This document shows, one piece after another, positions 13,743 to 28,555 of a stretch of 64,000 nucleotides of DNA. The stretch lies in NCBI GenBank assembly GCA_964016885.1, contig OZ024743.1:118048001-118112000 (forward strand), given 5' to 3'. Origin of the DNA: Eledone cirrhosa. Taxonomy: Eukaryota. A program made the position numbers and the translations under genes. How positions within the stretch are numbered: position 1 is the first letter of the stretch; each line of letters begins with the position of its first letter. The notes under the pieces were generated by a model. It had not been told where the DNA came from. It saw only the letters and a program-made list of their open reading frames with translations, and ran no database searches.

Positions 13743-14502
13743 TTGAAAAAAATATCGCACTTAGATAAATAATTCAGATTTGGCTGGCAAATCATTGCTT
13801 TTTACGTTTATTAATATATTTATTTATTGATATATTTCTTTCTCGTGTCAGACGGTTGATAGAAGTAGAATGTCTCATTTTATTTCATATTCACACAATT
13901 TCACGATTATTTTTTTTATCGTAGTAGGTCTAACTTTAGTTAAAGATATGCCTAGTCCTTGGCGACAGTGATAACCAGAATGACGATTTCTTATTTAAGC
14001 ACAAAGAAAATCATTCACGTAGAAGAGTATGCATGAATGAATCGTCTCCTCCAGAATATTTATTACAGGTACTTATTATAAATTTCCTGATTCCGGCGGG
14101 ATCTGAAAGTAGAACAGAGAGTGAAAGAAACTAAAATAAAGAATCTAAAGCCATTAATTCAGCGCTCTGCCGTGTTTATAATCTCTATTGTACGATTGAT
14201 TAGAATATATTAAATTACTCAACTGAAATATGATTTTATTTCTGAAAATGTGTTCATTCACTCAGACAGTTTCTATGCAATCTTGTGTTTTACATCCAGA
14301 CTTTGTATTTAACCTTTACTTGGTGATTCTTACACAGATGTGCAATATATACGCCTCCCATTCTAAATGTCTTCTAACCTTATAGAGCAAAATACGACCT
14401 TCTCAGTTCGAGGAAATCAATAACCCCAATGTGTCATCACTCGTCTTTCTCTGACTCAATAAGGATATTGTTACATAAACTTGCATTTTGTTTCGAGGGA
14501 AC

Positions 14503-14662
14503 CGTCGATTATAATGATCTATAATATCTGGCTCTACTTCATTTTATCAACTCCCTTAAGGATGAAAGACAATGTTTGCGTCGGTGGAAGTTAAATTCAG
14601 AACGCAAAAATCCTGAACAAAAACTACGAGGCTTTTTGTTCGACACTTTAGTGATTCTACCA
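14503..14662 (-). mobile_element. Diverged Nin-domain-type SINE copy
   Basis: TTTTATCAACTCCCTTAAGGATGAAAGACAATG...TTAAATTCAGAACGCAAA. Confidence 0.7.
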
Positions 14663-16100
14663 GATCTAAAAATGAAATAATAAGTAAGAATAATAGTTAT
14701 GTGTGTATTGTTCGCATTGTTAGTTACGTTGATGTTTGTTTAAAGCTTGTACTATTGCAGTTGAGTGGGTGGAAATGTGAGATGAGATCAGCCTTTTTTT
14801 CTTGTAGTATGAAACTAAGTATTGTTCTTGCTCTTAACAGTGATTACTAAAACTATCTAAAGAACTAAATAAATAAGTTAACATAAAGATATGCAAGAAG
14901 TAGCATGAGAATTGGTTTCTGTTGCATTAGACGGATTAGAAACAAAATTTCCCACAGAGTTAGTACTTTGCATCTATTCCAAACATATTAGTGAACTGAA
15001 GCAAGTAAAATAAGACATACATCAAACAGGGCGTACCTGTATTGTATTTGAACAAAAACACCAATTGGTACTATATTACTTGTCCAATTCCCCTCCGCAA
15101 TATAACAGTAACTTCATATCTCATTTTCATTGAAGAGCTATATAGTATTGAGTAATAAAAGTAGTGTTGTTAAGCTCCATGTTAACTAAAGGAGAAAACC
15201 TATGGGCAAACCTATGGGCACACATCTTTGACACAATGTATGTTTTTTTTTTTGTTAAAGCAGTTAACTCGGTCATTAAATTTGGCGGATTGCATCGCAC
15301 ACTATGCACCTAGTATCTCAAAATTCAATGCATCATTCTTCTTACTCTTTCGGATTCTCGGTTGCTAATTGACGGGAATTGAACTACTATTGCTAACATT
15401 ATTAAACAAATATGAAAAATGTTATACCACTTAAATTCACTCAGAGCCTACCCTACCGTCTTAAAAACCGGTAAGAAACATTTTTATTACCAAAATACAC
15501 AAAATGTCACGATATATATGGCAGAAATGCTTATTGATCACTCAACAATAGTTAATTCCGACTTGGAAATAAACACCACCACCACCATAACAAGAGCAAC
15601 ATCAGGTCGTTTATTGGTTTTCTTCATTGAATGATGACCATGATCATTCAATGCCTTCTACATTCGACTACACTAAGCTCAGTACGCATTTTATCGGATT
15701 TGGGATAATGTAAAACACACAGGTCATAGAAGGGATTTGAACTGAGACGGTAAGTGGATATAACCAAATGCTACAAGATACTGTCCGAAGCACTGTGTTA
15801 CCATGTCAATGTATTAAATATGCTACTACGAATATTGTAAATTCCAGATAAAAACTGTAAATTAAAGTGAATTGCTAATGACAACCATGTGGCTATAAAT
15901 AGACATTGATCAATTGCTGAAAAAATAATCCAATAAATTAAATGCAAACTACATAATTAAGAGGCACATTTCTATTCTCATGTTTTAACTGCGTCAATCA
16001 CTTAAAAAATTACTAATTGACGAACATCGAAACAAGAACAGAATAGACACTTAATACTATAATTCATTATAATATATCACATACATGCATACGCGCGCGT

Positions 16101-16144
<44 letters not shown>

Positions 16145-16149
16145 TTAAG

Positions 16150-16268
16150 AAGGCGCGTGGCTGAGTGGTTAGAGAATTGGATTCGCAATCGTGAGGTTGT
16201 TCGTTCGATTCCTTGACCGGGTGATGCGTTATGTCCTTGAGCAAGACACTTTATTTCACGTTGCTCCT
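16150..16268 (+). mobile_element. tRNA-derived CORE-type SINE (second SINE family)
   Basis: A-box TGGCTGAGTGG, B-box GTTCGATTCC, then CORE-like GTCCTTGAGCAAGACACTT. Confidence 0.75.
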
Positions 16269-16914
16269 TCTACCTGGAGTTGCGACCGATAGAGAGTATT
16301 AGCAATTGGAAAGACCGACGGAGCATTGTTTCCTCGGTCCGATTTGACGAAAGTCGATCGACTGTCGATACATACATACGTAATACTTAACTACATACAG
16401 ATTTCCAGGCATAGATGTATGCATGAACGCATACATACATATATAAGTACGTAGGTAAATACTATATACTACATACATATATTCATACAAACATACATGC
16501 ATAGAGGTGGGCTGAAATGGGTTGAACTATTGTTGTAGAAGATTTACACCACTTTCTTCAGTTCCAATGTAACGGAAGATTTTGCTGACTCTACGTTAAT
16601 AATGTTTAAAATGATTTCCTGTATGAACTAATTTTTTTTATTTAGCTTTCCTGTATTCAGTGGCATTCTTTAAAAAATATATATAGTTTTAATATTTCAT
16701 TAACGTCACTTCCTATCACGAGTTCAAAAATAACATTGTTCGGTTGTATTAATTGTCATATTTCCTATAACATTGAGATTGAGTAATATTTTTACTCATG
16801 CATCCTAGCTATATTTTAATCTCTTCCTTTTCATAGTCAGCGAAAGTATAACTTGCATGTGGACGCGAATTATTATATATACATATATATACATATATAC
16901 ACATATATACATAT

Positions 16915-17052
<138 letters not shown>

Positions 17053-17067
17053 ATATATATATATATA

Positions 17068-17115
<48 letters not shown>

Positions 17116-17120
17116 AAATA

Positions 17121-17308
17121 TAATTGTTTCTACTTTTGGCACAAGGCCAGCAATTATCCCAGTGTATTACTGGTACTTTATTTTATCGAGCCCGTAAGGA
17201 TGGAAGGCAAAATTAACCTCGGCGGGATTTGAATTCAGGCCATAAAGGGCCGTAACTCTTTGCTGCAAAACATGGCGTCCGACCCTCCACCGATACTGCC
17301 AATCCACA
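17121..17308 (-). mobile_element. Near full-length Nin-domain-type SINE (short-3' subfamily)
   Basis: Reverse complement of the 22909-23101 consensus; abuts the endonuclease fragment that follows. Confidence 0.92.
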
Positions 17309-17314
17309 TATGAA

Positions 17315-17725
17315 ATATAATGTGCATTAAAGTCTCCTATTAGGATACATGACTCAAATTTAACTTCATCCAACGTTTCAGTACTTCATCAAGAAAGGAT
17401 CTGTTTTCAGAATCATTGACTAGTGCATAAACTTATACCACCCATAGAGATCTATCTTTCAGCCAAAGCTTCAAGAGGCAAATAATCCTTCCTGTCCATA
17501 ACAAATTCTGACACCAGGACACGTGTGCGTATCCTCACTGGTCATTTCTAGTGCAACACCTAAATAGTGTAGTTTCCATCCTCCAAATCTACTGTACCAG
17601 ACCCTCTGTACTTTGTGGAAGGAACTCAAACTATATATAGCCGCTAGGATCTAGAAACCTCCAGTTGATCCTGTCCCATACGTGTAAGGGTTGTGATGTT
17701 CCAGGTTCCAATGACTAATGCTTTT
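17315..17725 (-). mobile_element. RTE-like LINE AP-endonuclease fragment
   Basis: Minus-strand LVIGTWNITTL (about 17690-17722) and CILIGDFNAH (ORF 17167-17373) are APE motifs. Confidence 0.7.
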
Positions 17726-18239
17726 ACCCTTACGAAATCTCTTTGGGGTCTCGGGATACGCAATATTTGTGTATCAAACCCAGGCTCCAATGAGAGATCA
17801 CAGGAGCAACGCCAGTCTCTATACCATGAGATAGAAACTGTAAAATATTGAACGTGTCTCTTATTAACCCGCGCGAAGGCTGATGCCTTTGATGTGTTAA
17901 GACATATTGCAGTGATTTTTAGAGGTCTTATTCGCGCCAGTTAAAAAACTTCTGAGGTACACGAGGTGCATCTGGAGCTGATGACTAATCTCCCGGAGGC
18001 TGAGGTGACAAGCTAATTAACGATGCGTCAAGGCAACTGGGGAGGATGAAATTCGGACTGAGATGTTAAAAGGTTTAAAGAGAGAAAGTATTCTTTCGCT
18101 AAATCGTGTATTCTGGAGGGACTGCGTATCAGGTCGCGGTTCATAGCCGGATCCGTTCAACACGCAACAACAACATTTCGCCCTAACTCCACAAGTCAGT
18201 AAAGCAGGGACACTGGCCAATTTCAGCTCGCGATCGTTT

Positions 18240-20377
18240 AGGTCAGTCAAAGATCTAATTGCGGTTTTATTACCACGTTGCACTTCTGCTACGCGGGCCC
18301 ATTGAACGCATTTATTCCCTCGTTTGTTAGAGCACGCGCCTTATCTCGGACAATGCAAGCGTCGTGTTTCGTATTGAAGAAATAGTCTAATGCCATCCTC
18401 ACCGCTAACACGTCAATTGCAATGTCACTGCAAATAGCCTCTTCTAAATTGCCTACCAGCTCCCACTCATTTCAATTTTCCTCAATCAAATGCTAATTTT
18501 ATCCTAAAATCTATCGAAATTACTCTAATCTCTCTTTTGAGAGCCCAAACACCTTTTGTTCACTACACTCCTTGTCATCTTTTGCTTTATGTGCCCGGTA
18601 CGACATGTTCAGCTTCCAGTAACCAGGTCCTAACCAACGTGTCTTATTTAGCATGACCTTACAGATTTGTGATCTGAATAGGCGGCCGTTTGACATTGTG
18701 GACAATCTATACTATACTTATCTATTGACCTAACGAAAATCCTATCTATATACGTTCTAGATGACTCTATGCGGTTTGTCCAGGACCACACTGGCGCATT
18801 AGGGAAATATACACTGTACATGTCAGCGGGTTGAAACTGGCTAATCAGGGACTTGAGGCTTTTGCACCCCCTGCTCATATCAGCTATTCCCACCAAAATT
18901 ATTAGCACGAAGTTGTGTGTCTTGTTTTCTGTTTGTGTTTGTTGTGGCTCTTTGTGTTTGGGGGATTGTGATGGTGGCGGCGGTGGTGGTGTTGTGGGAG
19001 TGTTTGTGTTAGTCGTGAGGTGTCTAAATTTTCTGTTGTGGGTGTGCGTGTGATGTCAGGCATTTATTTTGTGTGCCCTCTTTTCTGTTTTTTCGTTTTT
19101 GGTTTTGCCTCGTTTGCGCTACTAGAAAACGATTTGTTTTTGTCTGTAAGTTTGTGTGTGTTTGCCTCAATGTGTGTATTTTTTGCGGGTGTGTGGGGGG
19201 AGAGCTTTCTTCGTTTTCCCTCCCCAGGGTGGCCAAAATTGGTGGTGGCGTTTCTGTTGGTGTTGCTGCTGGTGATGTTTCCGATGTTTGTGCAGGTTGT
19301 GGTCCCGGCCCCGACGCTGGCAACAGTGGAGGTTTACGACCCCTTACATGTTTTGAGCTGAGAGCAGAAGGCTTGCAAATGGGTTGTTTCACCGCACAGT
19401 CATTATCTGCAGAGCCGTTCCTTTTTGGAGACGGATGTGGTTCGGGATATTTCTGAGATCCTCGGGTCTGATCAGAAGAAGTATGTCCGTGTCAGTCGCA
19501 GACCAGTCCTTTCTAGCTGTTCCGGTCGCCTGGATCGGGAATTCATCATCTGTCCCCTCCACAATCACCCATCCCAAGAGCCACTGCAAGTCTTGTCCTG
19601 GTATATTCTAATCCTTCTTTTTCTCATGTGGGAAGGGTACATGGTGACCATGCTGGTCTCTCAATGAGTCACCAAGTGTTTCACAGCGAGTGCTTCTGAT
19701 TTAAACATCACAAAAGTTGTGACGTATATACTCCATATCATCTCTGATGCACCCCAGCACAACTTCAACGTTAATTTGAGGAGTAATCGCTGCTTTTTTA
19801 GTCTGCACTGAAATGCATCTAGATACCACCATTCTTCTCTCCGCCGCTTTTATTGCCAAGGCTGGGATAGTTAAGTTGACCCATGTTTCCTCTTGTTTAA
19901 TGAGCTTCCATGCCGCCTAGGCCAACTTTTTCTTATTTTGGCTAAGATCTATGCTAAAGCATATTTTTTTTTTGGCTGTTGCAGCAGCGAAAGTGTTCTT
20001 GTTGTTGTGGGTGTTGCTGTTGCGGTTCCTGTTTCTGGTCACATTGTTGTTGGTGATATCATTGGTGTCGTCGTTGTTGTTGTTTGTGTTGTTGCTGCTG
20101 CTGCTCCTGCTGATGCTGCTTCCTTCATTCCCACTGTTGTTGTTATTGTTTGTTTGCTTTTATTGTTGTTGTTAGTGTTGTGGTGGTTGTGGTCGCTGTT
20201 GCTGTCGAAGTGCAGCCATAAGTATTTCTTCTGTATTAGAGTGTGTGCTATCTCTTTTCATCTAGATATGTCCGAAGTACCGATTCCCTACATGGGATCT
20301 CGGCAGCCATATCTCCTATGAAATTAATAGTGAAAAGATGAGAACGTTCTGGCACTAATATCTTCCCCACCACACCA
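18240..20377 (-). mobile_element. Tx1/L1-clade LINE 5' half (5' UTR, ORF1, partial endonuclease), internally deleted and lacking RT
   Basis: WSWTNRIESSRTYIDRIFV..YSDHK and GPGYWKLNMS (18520-18908); ORF1-like 19024-19900 with a degenerate zinc knuckle and a basic low-complexity tail; same clade as 3510-6690. Confidence 0.85.
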
Positions 20378-20387
20378 AAAGAAAATA

Positions 20388-20522
20388 ATAAGTGTTTCTA
20401 CTTTATGGCACAAGGCCAGCAATTACCCAGTGCATTACTGGTACTTTATTTTATCGACCCCGTAAGGATGAAAGGCAAAGTTAACCTCGGCGGGATTTGA
20501 TCTCAGAATGGCAAGGGCCGTA
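20388..20522 (-). mobile_element. 5'-truncated Nin-domain-type SINE
   Basis: High identity to the family 3' half. Confidence 0.92.
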
Positions 20523-21378
20523 AAAAGAAAATAATAATAATAACTACTTAGGCGAAGTGCTTTGTCGAAAACATGTCATTCTACTAGATTTCTATTCTTC
20601 TACTAACCACTCATCGGCTTCTGTGATTTGGAGGAAGGAAAAATGTGATTTTCTGAGATGTATTTATGTATGACATTTGATGTGTGGGCTGGATTTGAAT
20701 TTAACATTTTCAGGCAGAAAAAATGATATTGTCCTCACCGTAGGGAGGTGTTCGAATTTACACACATTCAATATAAGACCATGGGAAATGTAAACATCCG
20801 CACTGCTTCGGTTAGTTGCCGCAGATTATATTTATGGACGTTATCTATGTATGGCAAGGTAGAGTTATTAATTGCTTAATTACGTGTGTTTTGCCATGGA
20901 AACAGTTTATTATCGATATCGTGATACGAACTGCCAATACATAGATCAGCAGTCCAACATCCTATAGAATTGGCCTCTTTCAACTCTCAAATGAAACATG
21001 TAAAGCTTATATAAAATGCTCTAGTCTGTCTGCAATAACACCATCATAAGTAAGTCCTATAATGTGGCTTGTTGTCCACGATTCATTATTCTAAAAGTAG
21101 CAAGTCCATTGATGCACGACAACAGTACTCATCAATGCAGCAATGGATGCATCTATAATTTTCGTCTTGATATTTGAGAGATATTTTTGCATATCCTGAT
21201 ATATACCGCAGGAAGTTCTAGAACAACGTTCTGAATTAATGACCAAGGCATTGCGATATGAAGCCGGAAACAACGAATGAAATATCCCACTATATCTAAC
21301 ATGGATGGTACAAAAAGATATACTATAGTAGTTTTAATTGAGAAGATTTTTCACCCTCTTCCCTTATTCGTTTACGCT

Positions 21379-21463
21379 CTTTCTGATATACTAATTCATT
21401 CTATGCCCCCTCTCTTTCTGTTTCTCCCAATGGTTCTCTTTCTTTCTCTCTCCCTATCTCCGT

Positions 21464-21552
<89 letters not shown>

Positions 21553-21654
21553 TACAAACACACACACAAACACACACACACTTTCTGATATACTAATTCA
21601 TTCTATGCCCCCCTCTCTTTCTGATTCTCCCAATGGTTCTCTTTCTTTCTCTCT

Positions 21655-21718
<64 letters not shown>
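21379..21718. repeat. Tandem duplication of a roughly 75-bp unique segment, each copy followed by (CA)n
   Basis: CTTTCTGATATACTAATTCATTCTATGCCCCC...CTTTCTCTCTCC at 21379 and 21581. Confidence 0.9.
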
Positions 21719-21720
<2 letters not shown>

Positions 21721-22908
21721 GTTTCAATATTCTGATAACAAAAAAACTTTGCAACACACAGTCTGTTAGTTTCTTCCAACTATTTCCTTGAATATTTCGG
21801 AAAGTATTTTGGCTACAAATAAGTATGCTAACACCACGACAGGCAGTAATATATGTATATATTTTTCCTCAGTCTCCAATGAAATTTACAACATTCTTTC
21901 AGTAAGGCTAAATATTCTGTGACCTAACCAAATTTAAGTCATTTATCATATTTTCCGTGGTCAACCATATTGCTTAATAACCTATTGTGGCAAGACCTCA
22001 GCAAAGGTCACATTTTTCTTTGTCATTTTATAAATGGATGAAATGAAAGAACATGACATACAGAAAAGAAAAGAAAGTTTTTCAAAAAGATATAACAACA
22101 TACCTTACAGAATTATTAGAAATAATTAGTAAAATATAGTATTGGATAAATAATCTTGTTTTTTAATAATTATTTCTGACTTTAATACAAGATCGCAATT
22201 GTCTAGGTAGTGAATACTGTCGATTGAATCTATCTATATATTATTGCTATACAATAAAACTAAACTCAATTGTATCAGATCCTATCAAATGACACTCTCT
22301 GAAATAGAACACTGTAGACTACATGGGTAGACTACAGTCTATGATATGTGTTTGGTCAGGTTTAACCTAGGGCTATCAACCCTCGCAATACACACAAAAA
22401 TATGATAGTTATTTCATTGACCCCAAAGGAGTGAAATGCGTAGTTATTTCCATCATAATTTGAACACAGAGTAACAAGATTAAGTATTATTTAGAGTTTA
22501 TTTCGTCCTGTCGTTGAACGTTTTCTTCCATTATTATCATGTGTCATTCTCTATTAAAAGCTCACCAAACATATTTCCCTCTGCAATAGAGTTGAAGTGG
22601 GTGTGTTGGGGTGAAAAGGACAATGGGCTCCTTTTTCACGTCTTTCTTACAGTGAGGCACATTCGATTCTAAGGAGGCGCGGGGGGGGGGGTTCGAGCAG
22701 AAAAATTACCACAGTGATTGTCTGTTTTCTAATTGATTCCCTAGTGTTGGAAGGCAAATCTGACCTCTATGGTTTTCGAACTATGAATACAAAGAGCCGA
22801 AACACGTATCTCAAGTCTTAGGATTCTGCTACCCGACCACGATGTTCTGCTTTATCAGTAATATATATTAATTTATATATAAAAATAATTGTTTCAAATA
22901 TTATTATA

Positions 22909-23101
22909 AGGGCGGTGGACTGGTAGTATCAGTAGAGGGTCGGACACCATGCTTTGCAGCAAAGAGTTACGGCCCTTTATGGTCTGAGTTCAAATCCCGC
23001 CGAGGTTAACTTTGCCTTTCATCCTTATGGAGTCGATAAAATAAAGTACCAGTAATACACTGGGTAATTGCTGGCCTTGTGCCAAAAGTAGAAACAATTA
23101 T
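22909..23101 (+). mobile_element. Full-length Nin-domain-type tRNA-derived SINE (reference copy)
   Basis: GGGCGGTGGACTGGTAG (A-box-like), GAGTTCAAATCC (B-box), GTTAACTTTGCCTTTCATCCTTATGGAGTCGATAAAATAAAGTACCAG (Nin/Deu-type core), AT-rich tail; ATTATTATAA occurs on both flanks as a TSD. Confidence 0.93.
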
Positions 23102-23954
23102 TATAACAGGTGCCATGACGACTAATGCCATGACGATTATATGTGGAATCTGCGGCAAGTTTCAATAAAAACAAATTGCACTTAAATTGCGTTAATCAAA
23201 TTTAATCCAGCTATTAATTAAACCAATGATATGAAACATTGCTGTCCACCCATCCAATTTAAATCTAGTAAATTAAATTAACAGCAAATGATACATTCTA
23301 CGATTAAACATCATATAGCAAATGAAATGTTGTGGAATTCATAATTCTAGTCCATGTTGTGGACTTCTAAACACATTGGACATACAAACACTACACTTTC
23401 TCATTGGCTACGCATGCATCTACAAGAATCCGTTGCAGCAAACTATATCAAAACTTAAAAGAAAACTAAATTAGAAAATACTAGTCGATAACAGCAATGT
23501 GCTACATACAATACAATATATCCTACACTGAACAAAACTTATATTTGCTACTTACTAAAGGGACACCTATATATCATACTTTATTGCATTATTAGGTACT
23601 AACCGAAATTTCAAGTCATACATTCGAGTATATAAAATATGAAGCCAAAACAGGGTAATGCGGTCTTAAATATAACCTATCGGGGTGAAATAGATGGTTA
23701 TTACAATTGTAAAGGTTTTTTTTATCAGAGGTCTGTTCGATGTGGGCTCGTCGGAATCAAACAACAAACAAACTTAAGGATTAGATTAGTAAACAAATTC
23801 CTATTAATATCAAGGTCCAACACAAAATCAACAAATGCAGATAACATAAGAGAACGAGGCGGGCACAAGGTAATTTTTCAACCTGATAGAAATAACAGTT
23901 AAATCTCCCTCAGATCATAATGTAATTCTGCGTACAGTACTAGTAGAGGGACGT

Positions 23955-24215
23955 CCGGTTGGTCATGTTTAGAATGCCTTTGATCATTGGTCAGCGTAAT
24001 GAAGATGGTTTGAATCTAAATAAGAGTAGTTCTTAGTAACAATAAAGTAATACCAAATACTGCACCCCAGCAATTTCATGGTAGCTAAATATACATGTTA
24101 GCGAGAACGTAGATTTTCTTGTATTAGAGTAGAATTTGTTATTGTGGCTTTTTAGCTTCAGGCCAACCCTGATCAATAAGGGATCAAATGTGTTAGAATG
24201 CTGACCATCTACGAA
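23955..24215. mobile_element. Two opposed copies of a third short interspersed repeat (..CCCTGATC..GATCAAA(G)GC..GACCATC family)
   Basis: 23960-24020 (-) and 24150-24210 (+) are mutually similar; related fragments near 1550/1840, 13180, 43560 and 44765. Confidence 0.5.
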
Positions 24216-24923
24216 TATACCGCCAAATTGGACGTGAGGGAAATTCAAGACCACAATACAATACATGTTATTTTTGAGGTAGTTGGCTGCAGTTTTTGGG
24301 AGACTTAGCTGGGGTTTCTAGCGAGTCAAGTGATCATATAGAGATTTTACAGTTTGCTTGTAAAATATTTGTCCGATTTGCTGGTGTATTGCTCCAAATG
24401 CTTAAGCAATAGTCTGCTGAAATCATTCATGTCGGGATTATATAGAAGACAAGCGATCGTACAAAGATGAAATACTTGAAAAGACGTCATGACTGTGTTA
24501 AAGATGATTAGACGCCATGAAAGGTAGACAGAGAATGCAAGACTTAGTATTTTGATGGGAGCGTTGTTTGTGTTGCGGGGGTTTTGCTTTTGTTGTTTTG
24601 AACGCAAAAATATTCTCCCCCACCACACTTGAAATCATTATTTTCCTCATGGGATTTGGTAAGACGTCACACAGTTAATGAAAACCACATATCTCTTAGG
24701 ATTCTTGTTTTGATAAATGAAAATCTAGAACATTGGGTGTCCGTCTGCAAGTAACGAATGTTGATGAATGAATATGTTTGTATATATATATGTGTACCGC
24801 CGCACTACCGTACGTAGAGTTTTTGTGTTTGTGACTATATACGCTGCAACAAAGATTGTTTACGTAACTCTGACTGTGTATACCTTATACACAGACCCCC
24901 CACCCCCCACACACACATACACA

Positions 24924-24984
<61 letters not shown>

Positions 24985-25009
24985 ATATACACATATATAT
25001 GTATATATG

Positions 25010-25043
<34 letters not shown>

Positions 25044-25044
25044 A

Positions 25045-25149
<105 letters not shown>

Positions 25150-25151
25150 TA

Positions 25152-25186
<35 letters not shown>

Positions 25187-25382
25187 GCGTGTGTGTGTGT
25201 ATATATATATATGTATGCATGTATGTATGTATGGAGGTATAAACCCGGATTTGGATGCTGCGTATATTAGTAAATAAACACATAGACACAATCGCAAACA
25301 TATACACACACACACACACACACAGACACACGCAAAGACACACACACATATGTATATATATAAAGTCTACCCCCTAACTAAA

Positions 25383-25613
25383 AATTGTTCGTGGAAACCA
25401 CCGTATATTCGCAGAATCGTGAATATCTTCCGCGATATATTATGGCTTTTTTGTGGCAATATACATTTTTTCTCGCTTTTATTTTCAACGCTAAATTATT
25501 AGTAAAATTTGATGTTTATATGCATTTTTATGGACTACGTCCAATATTCGCGGCTTTTCACTCTTCGTGGGTGCTCTACGAACGTTACCACTGCCAATAC
25601 CGGGGGACAACTG
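25383..25613 (-). mobile_element. Partial pogo/Tigger-like MITE (same family as 30278-30611)
   Basis: Ends in AATACCGGGGGACAACTG|TA; interior matches the reverse complement of 30400-30540. Confidence 0.75.
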
Positions 25614-26843
25614 TATATATAGTTGGGAATTTACATCGATTTGAAGCCTGTATCACAGAAACCAACGGAATCTTTTCGATATTACTACCCATTGAACTGC
25701 TCAACGTTAGCGATAGTTTGTTTCAGAGCACATCATAGCGATTCGTTCATATTAAGGCGGCACCCATATAGCACAAACTTTTATATATATATATATATTT
25801 ATTTATATATATATGAAATATGATATAATATAAATGCACACAACTGAACGATCATAGACAAAAACACTCTCGAACCTACATCCGCACGAATAATTACATG
25901 TTCACACATATTTGCCTGTACACACATACACATATACAGACACACACATGCACTCACACGCACACACACACTCACACAAACACACATATACAAACATACA
26001 CACACGCACACATATACACAAACACATATACACACACGCACAAACGCAAACACACACGCATACACACACGCATACACACACGCATACACACACATACACA
26101 CACACACAAATATATATATATATTTATATATATATATATGAATCGTATGATTAGATTTTATTTTATTCAACTGTTGCTCTACATGTCTGAGAATGGGAGG
26201 CGGGTTAATTTTTTTCACCATTTTTGTGACCCCATTTTTTTGTTACTATATCTCGGCGGGTTGTCGTTATTAACTCCTTTGATGTTAAAGAAGAATATTT
26301 TTTATGAGGTTGCTACTATTTGAAGATACTGTGACTAAACTAAAGGTTTTGTTGTCGGTAATTCTTTGTTGAAAAGTAGTACGTTTTCCTTTTGAACATA
26401 TAAATACTTAAAGACAGAGAAAAAAAAAAACTAATTGGCGCATGTCTTCACACTGTCTGTGTATGTATGCATCGCCCTAAAACTATAAATACATACACAC
26501 AGATTCATAAACACACATATGCATAAGTATATACGCAATATATTTATGTGTTCATGGATGTATAAATTTATTTTGATCTAAATACGTCTAGCGACATACA
26601 TTCATTTGCTTTTATACACTCCCGCAATGTCCCTCTCATATACACACAGTTTTTGTATTAAGAACCAATTTTTTTTTATCTGTATTTAGATAACAAACCG
26701 TCTTGTATATTTTCACTTATACTCTTGAAAAATTAAATTTGCATTCTACTTGAAAACGTTACATTTTAGTGGTTATTATTTCATAAGCAAGTACGAAATG
26801 AACCACAGAAATGCATACAGAAAATAAAATTATAAACATGTTA

Positions 26844-27183
26844 CAGGGGTGTGCAACGTATTTCATTGGCGGGCCACTTTTAAACATTGGAACAACTATT
26901 AGGGCCAGTCGCTGTCAAAAATATGTAATCTAATGAAAACCAGTGAATTAAGTCATAAATACATTGTGAATACATTTTTAAACAATAAAGTCAAATAAAA
27001 TGTAATTTAGTTTTATTAATATGAGATTTGGTATTAGGTCAAGGTCATCTATAAGAAAATTGTATTACGGTTACGAAAAAAATTCTAAATAAGACTACAA
27101 GGTAAAAATTAAAAACGGTCATCGCGGGCCACTGTCTGGCGGGCCTGGATTGTGGCTCGCGGGCCGCCTGTTGCACGCCCCTG
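26844..27183. mobile_element. hAT-like MITE
   Basis: TIRs CAGGGGTGTGCAAC / GTTGCACGCCCCTG and subterminal GCGGGCC repeats; no clean 8-bp TSD. Confidence 0.85.
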
Positions 27184-27707
27184 CACAATAACGTCCTAAA
27201 TCTGTATTTTTCCAACTAACGACGTTTACCATTAAAATGAGTGACACATTACATAGTAAAACTTTAAACATACTATTGTTATATTTTTTTATTTACTAGA
27301 TTATACCTCTTTTTCCTTTCCTCGACAAGACAGATTATCCACAAGAATAGAGCCTCATGTGACACATACCATTTATCCTGTACATAGATAAATCAAGATA
27401 TTCAATTATCGGCTGTTGTTATAAAAATGGTAACATAATTATATATACATACCACAACTGACCTCCCCAAACGTTCCAGTAAGTATACATCATTACACTT
27501 TCCCAAATACCATCATGGAGGAGACGACCTTTTACATACCACATTCTGATACATACCACATTTTGATACATACCACATTCTGATACAAAAACAATACATA
27601 CACACTACACAAGGGGCGAGATATTATCATCACTTTTAAACTCGTTTCACATCCTTAATAACACAACCACGTAGCTCAGGATTGCAACTAATCTTCATTA
27701 TCTAACT

Positions 27708-27884
27708 GGCAGTATCGGTAGAGAGTCGGACGCCATGCTTTGAAGCATAGAGTTACCTCCCTGTATGATCTGAGTTCAAATCCCGCCGAGGTTAACTTTG
27801 CCTTTCATCCTTCCGGGGTCGATAGAATAAAGTACCAGTAATGCACTGGGTAAGTGCTGGCCTTGTGCCAAAAGTAGAAACAAT
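27708..27884 (+). mobile_element. Nin-domain-type SINE with 11-bp TSD
   Basis: Family consensus; ATTATCTAACT at 27697 and 27883. Confidence 0.92.
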
Positions 27885-28504
27885 TATCTAACTATCGCAA
27901 TACCAAGCAAAACAACCCATGAACAATGCTCTAATCATATTTACATCACTATCGCAAGCATACACATTTTAATGAAGTTCAGACAAAACCTAGTGAAACC
28001 AGTTTTAGAAGGAAGCAGAATCTGAAATTGCAGTATTCAGCAACACCAGAAACTTAACCATTGACACATCAATACATATATGTTTCTACATATTTGTATA
28101 TGAACCCATCAACTCATGTCTCACAAGGCACCACAAAAATACAACAGAAATGGCCAACCTATAAATCAAAAGATAACCTGAAATAGAATACACCGACGCC
28201 TCATGCAACAACAATATACCTCAGCATCAATACATAATGCAGGTAAACATAGGTTTACGAACATAGATCTTAACCACGTAGTAATGCACTATATGGGGTT
28301 GGTAAAATCATCAGCAATTATAAAATCAACTGCTAGACCAAACACTTCGATACGACAAGTAAAACACCTACACTCCAAGGAAACACCATTAGCGAATATG
28401 TCTCGAAAATCAACCAGCAATTTACAAACATGTAAATTGTAAGTAATAGAGAGGAAGTAAAAGAGAGAAAGAGAGAGAGGGGGAGAGATAAAGAGGGAGA
28501 AAGA

Positions 28505-28555
<51 letters not shown>

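Noticed and set aside
16150-16225. tRNA gene
   Set aside because: Has A/B boxes but no proper cloverleaf and continues into a CORE-like domain, so it is a SINE head
17960-18240. HDV-like ribozyme in the RTE 5' UTR
   Set aside because: Could not build the nested double pseudoknot from the sequence
21379-21718. Biologically meaningful duplication
   Set aside because: Adjacent to (CA)n; most simply slippage or an assembly artefact
27533-27587. CRISPR-like or regulatory array (TACATACCACATTCTGA x3)
   Set aside because: Simple 17-bp tandem repeat with no spacers, in eukaryotic DNA
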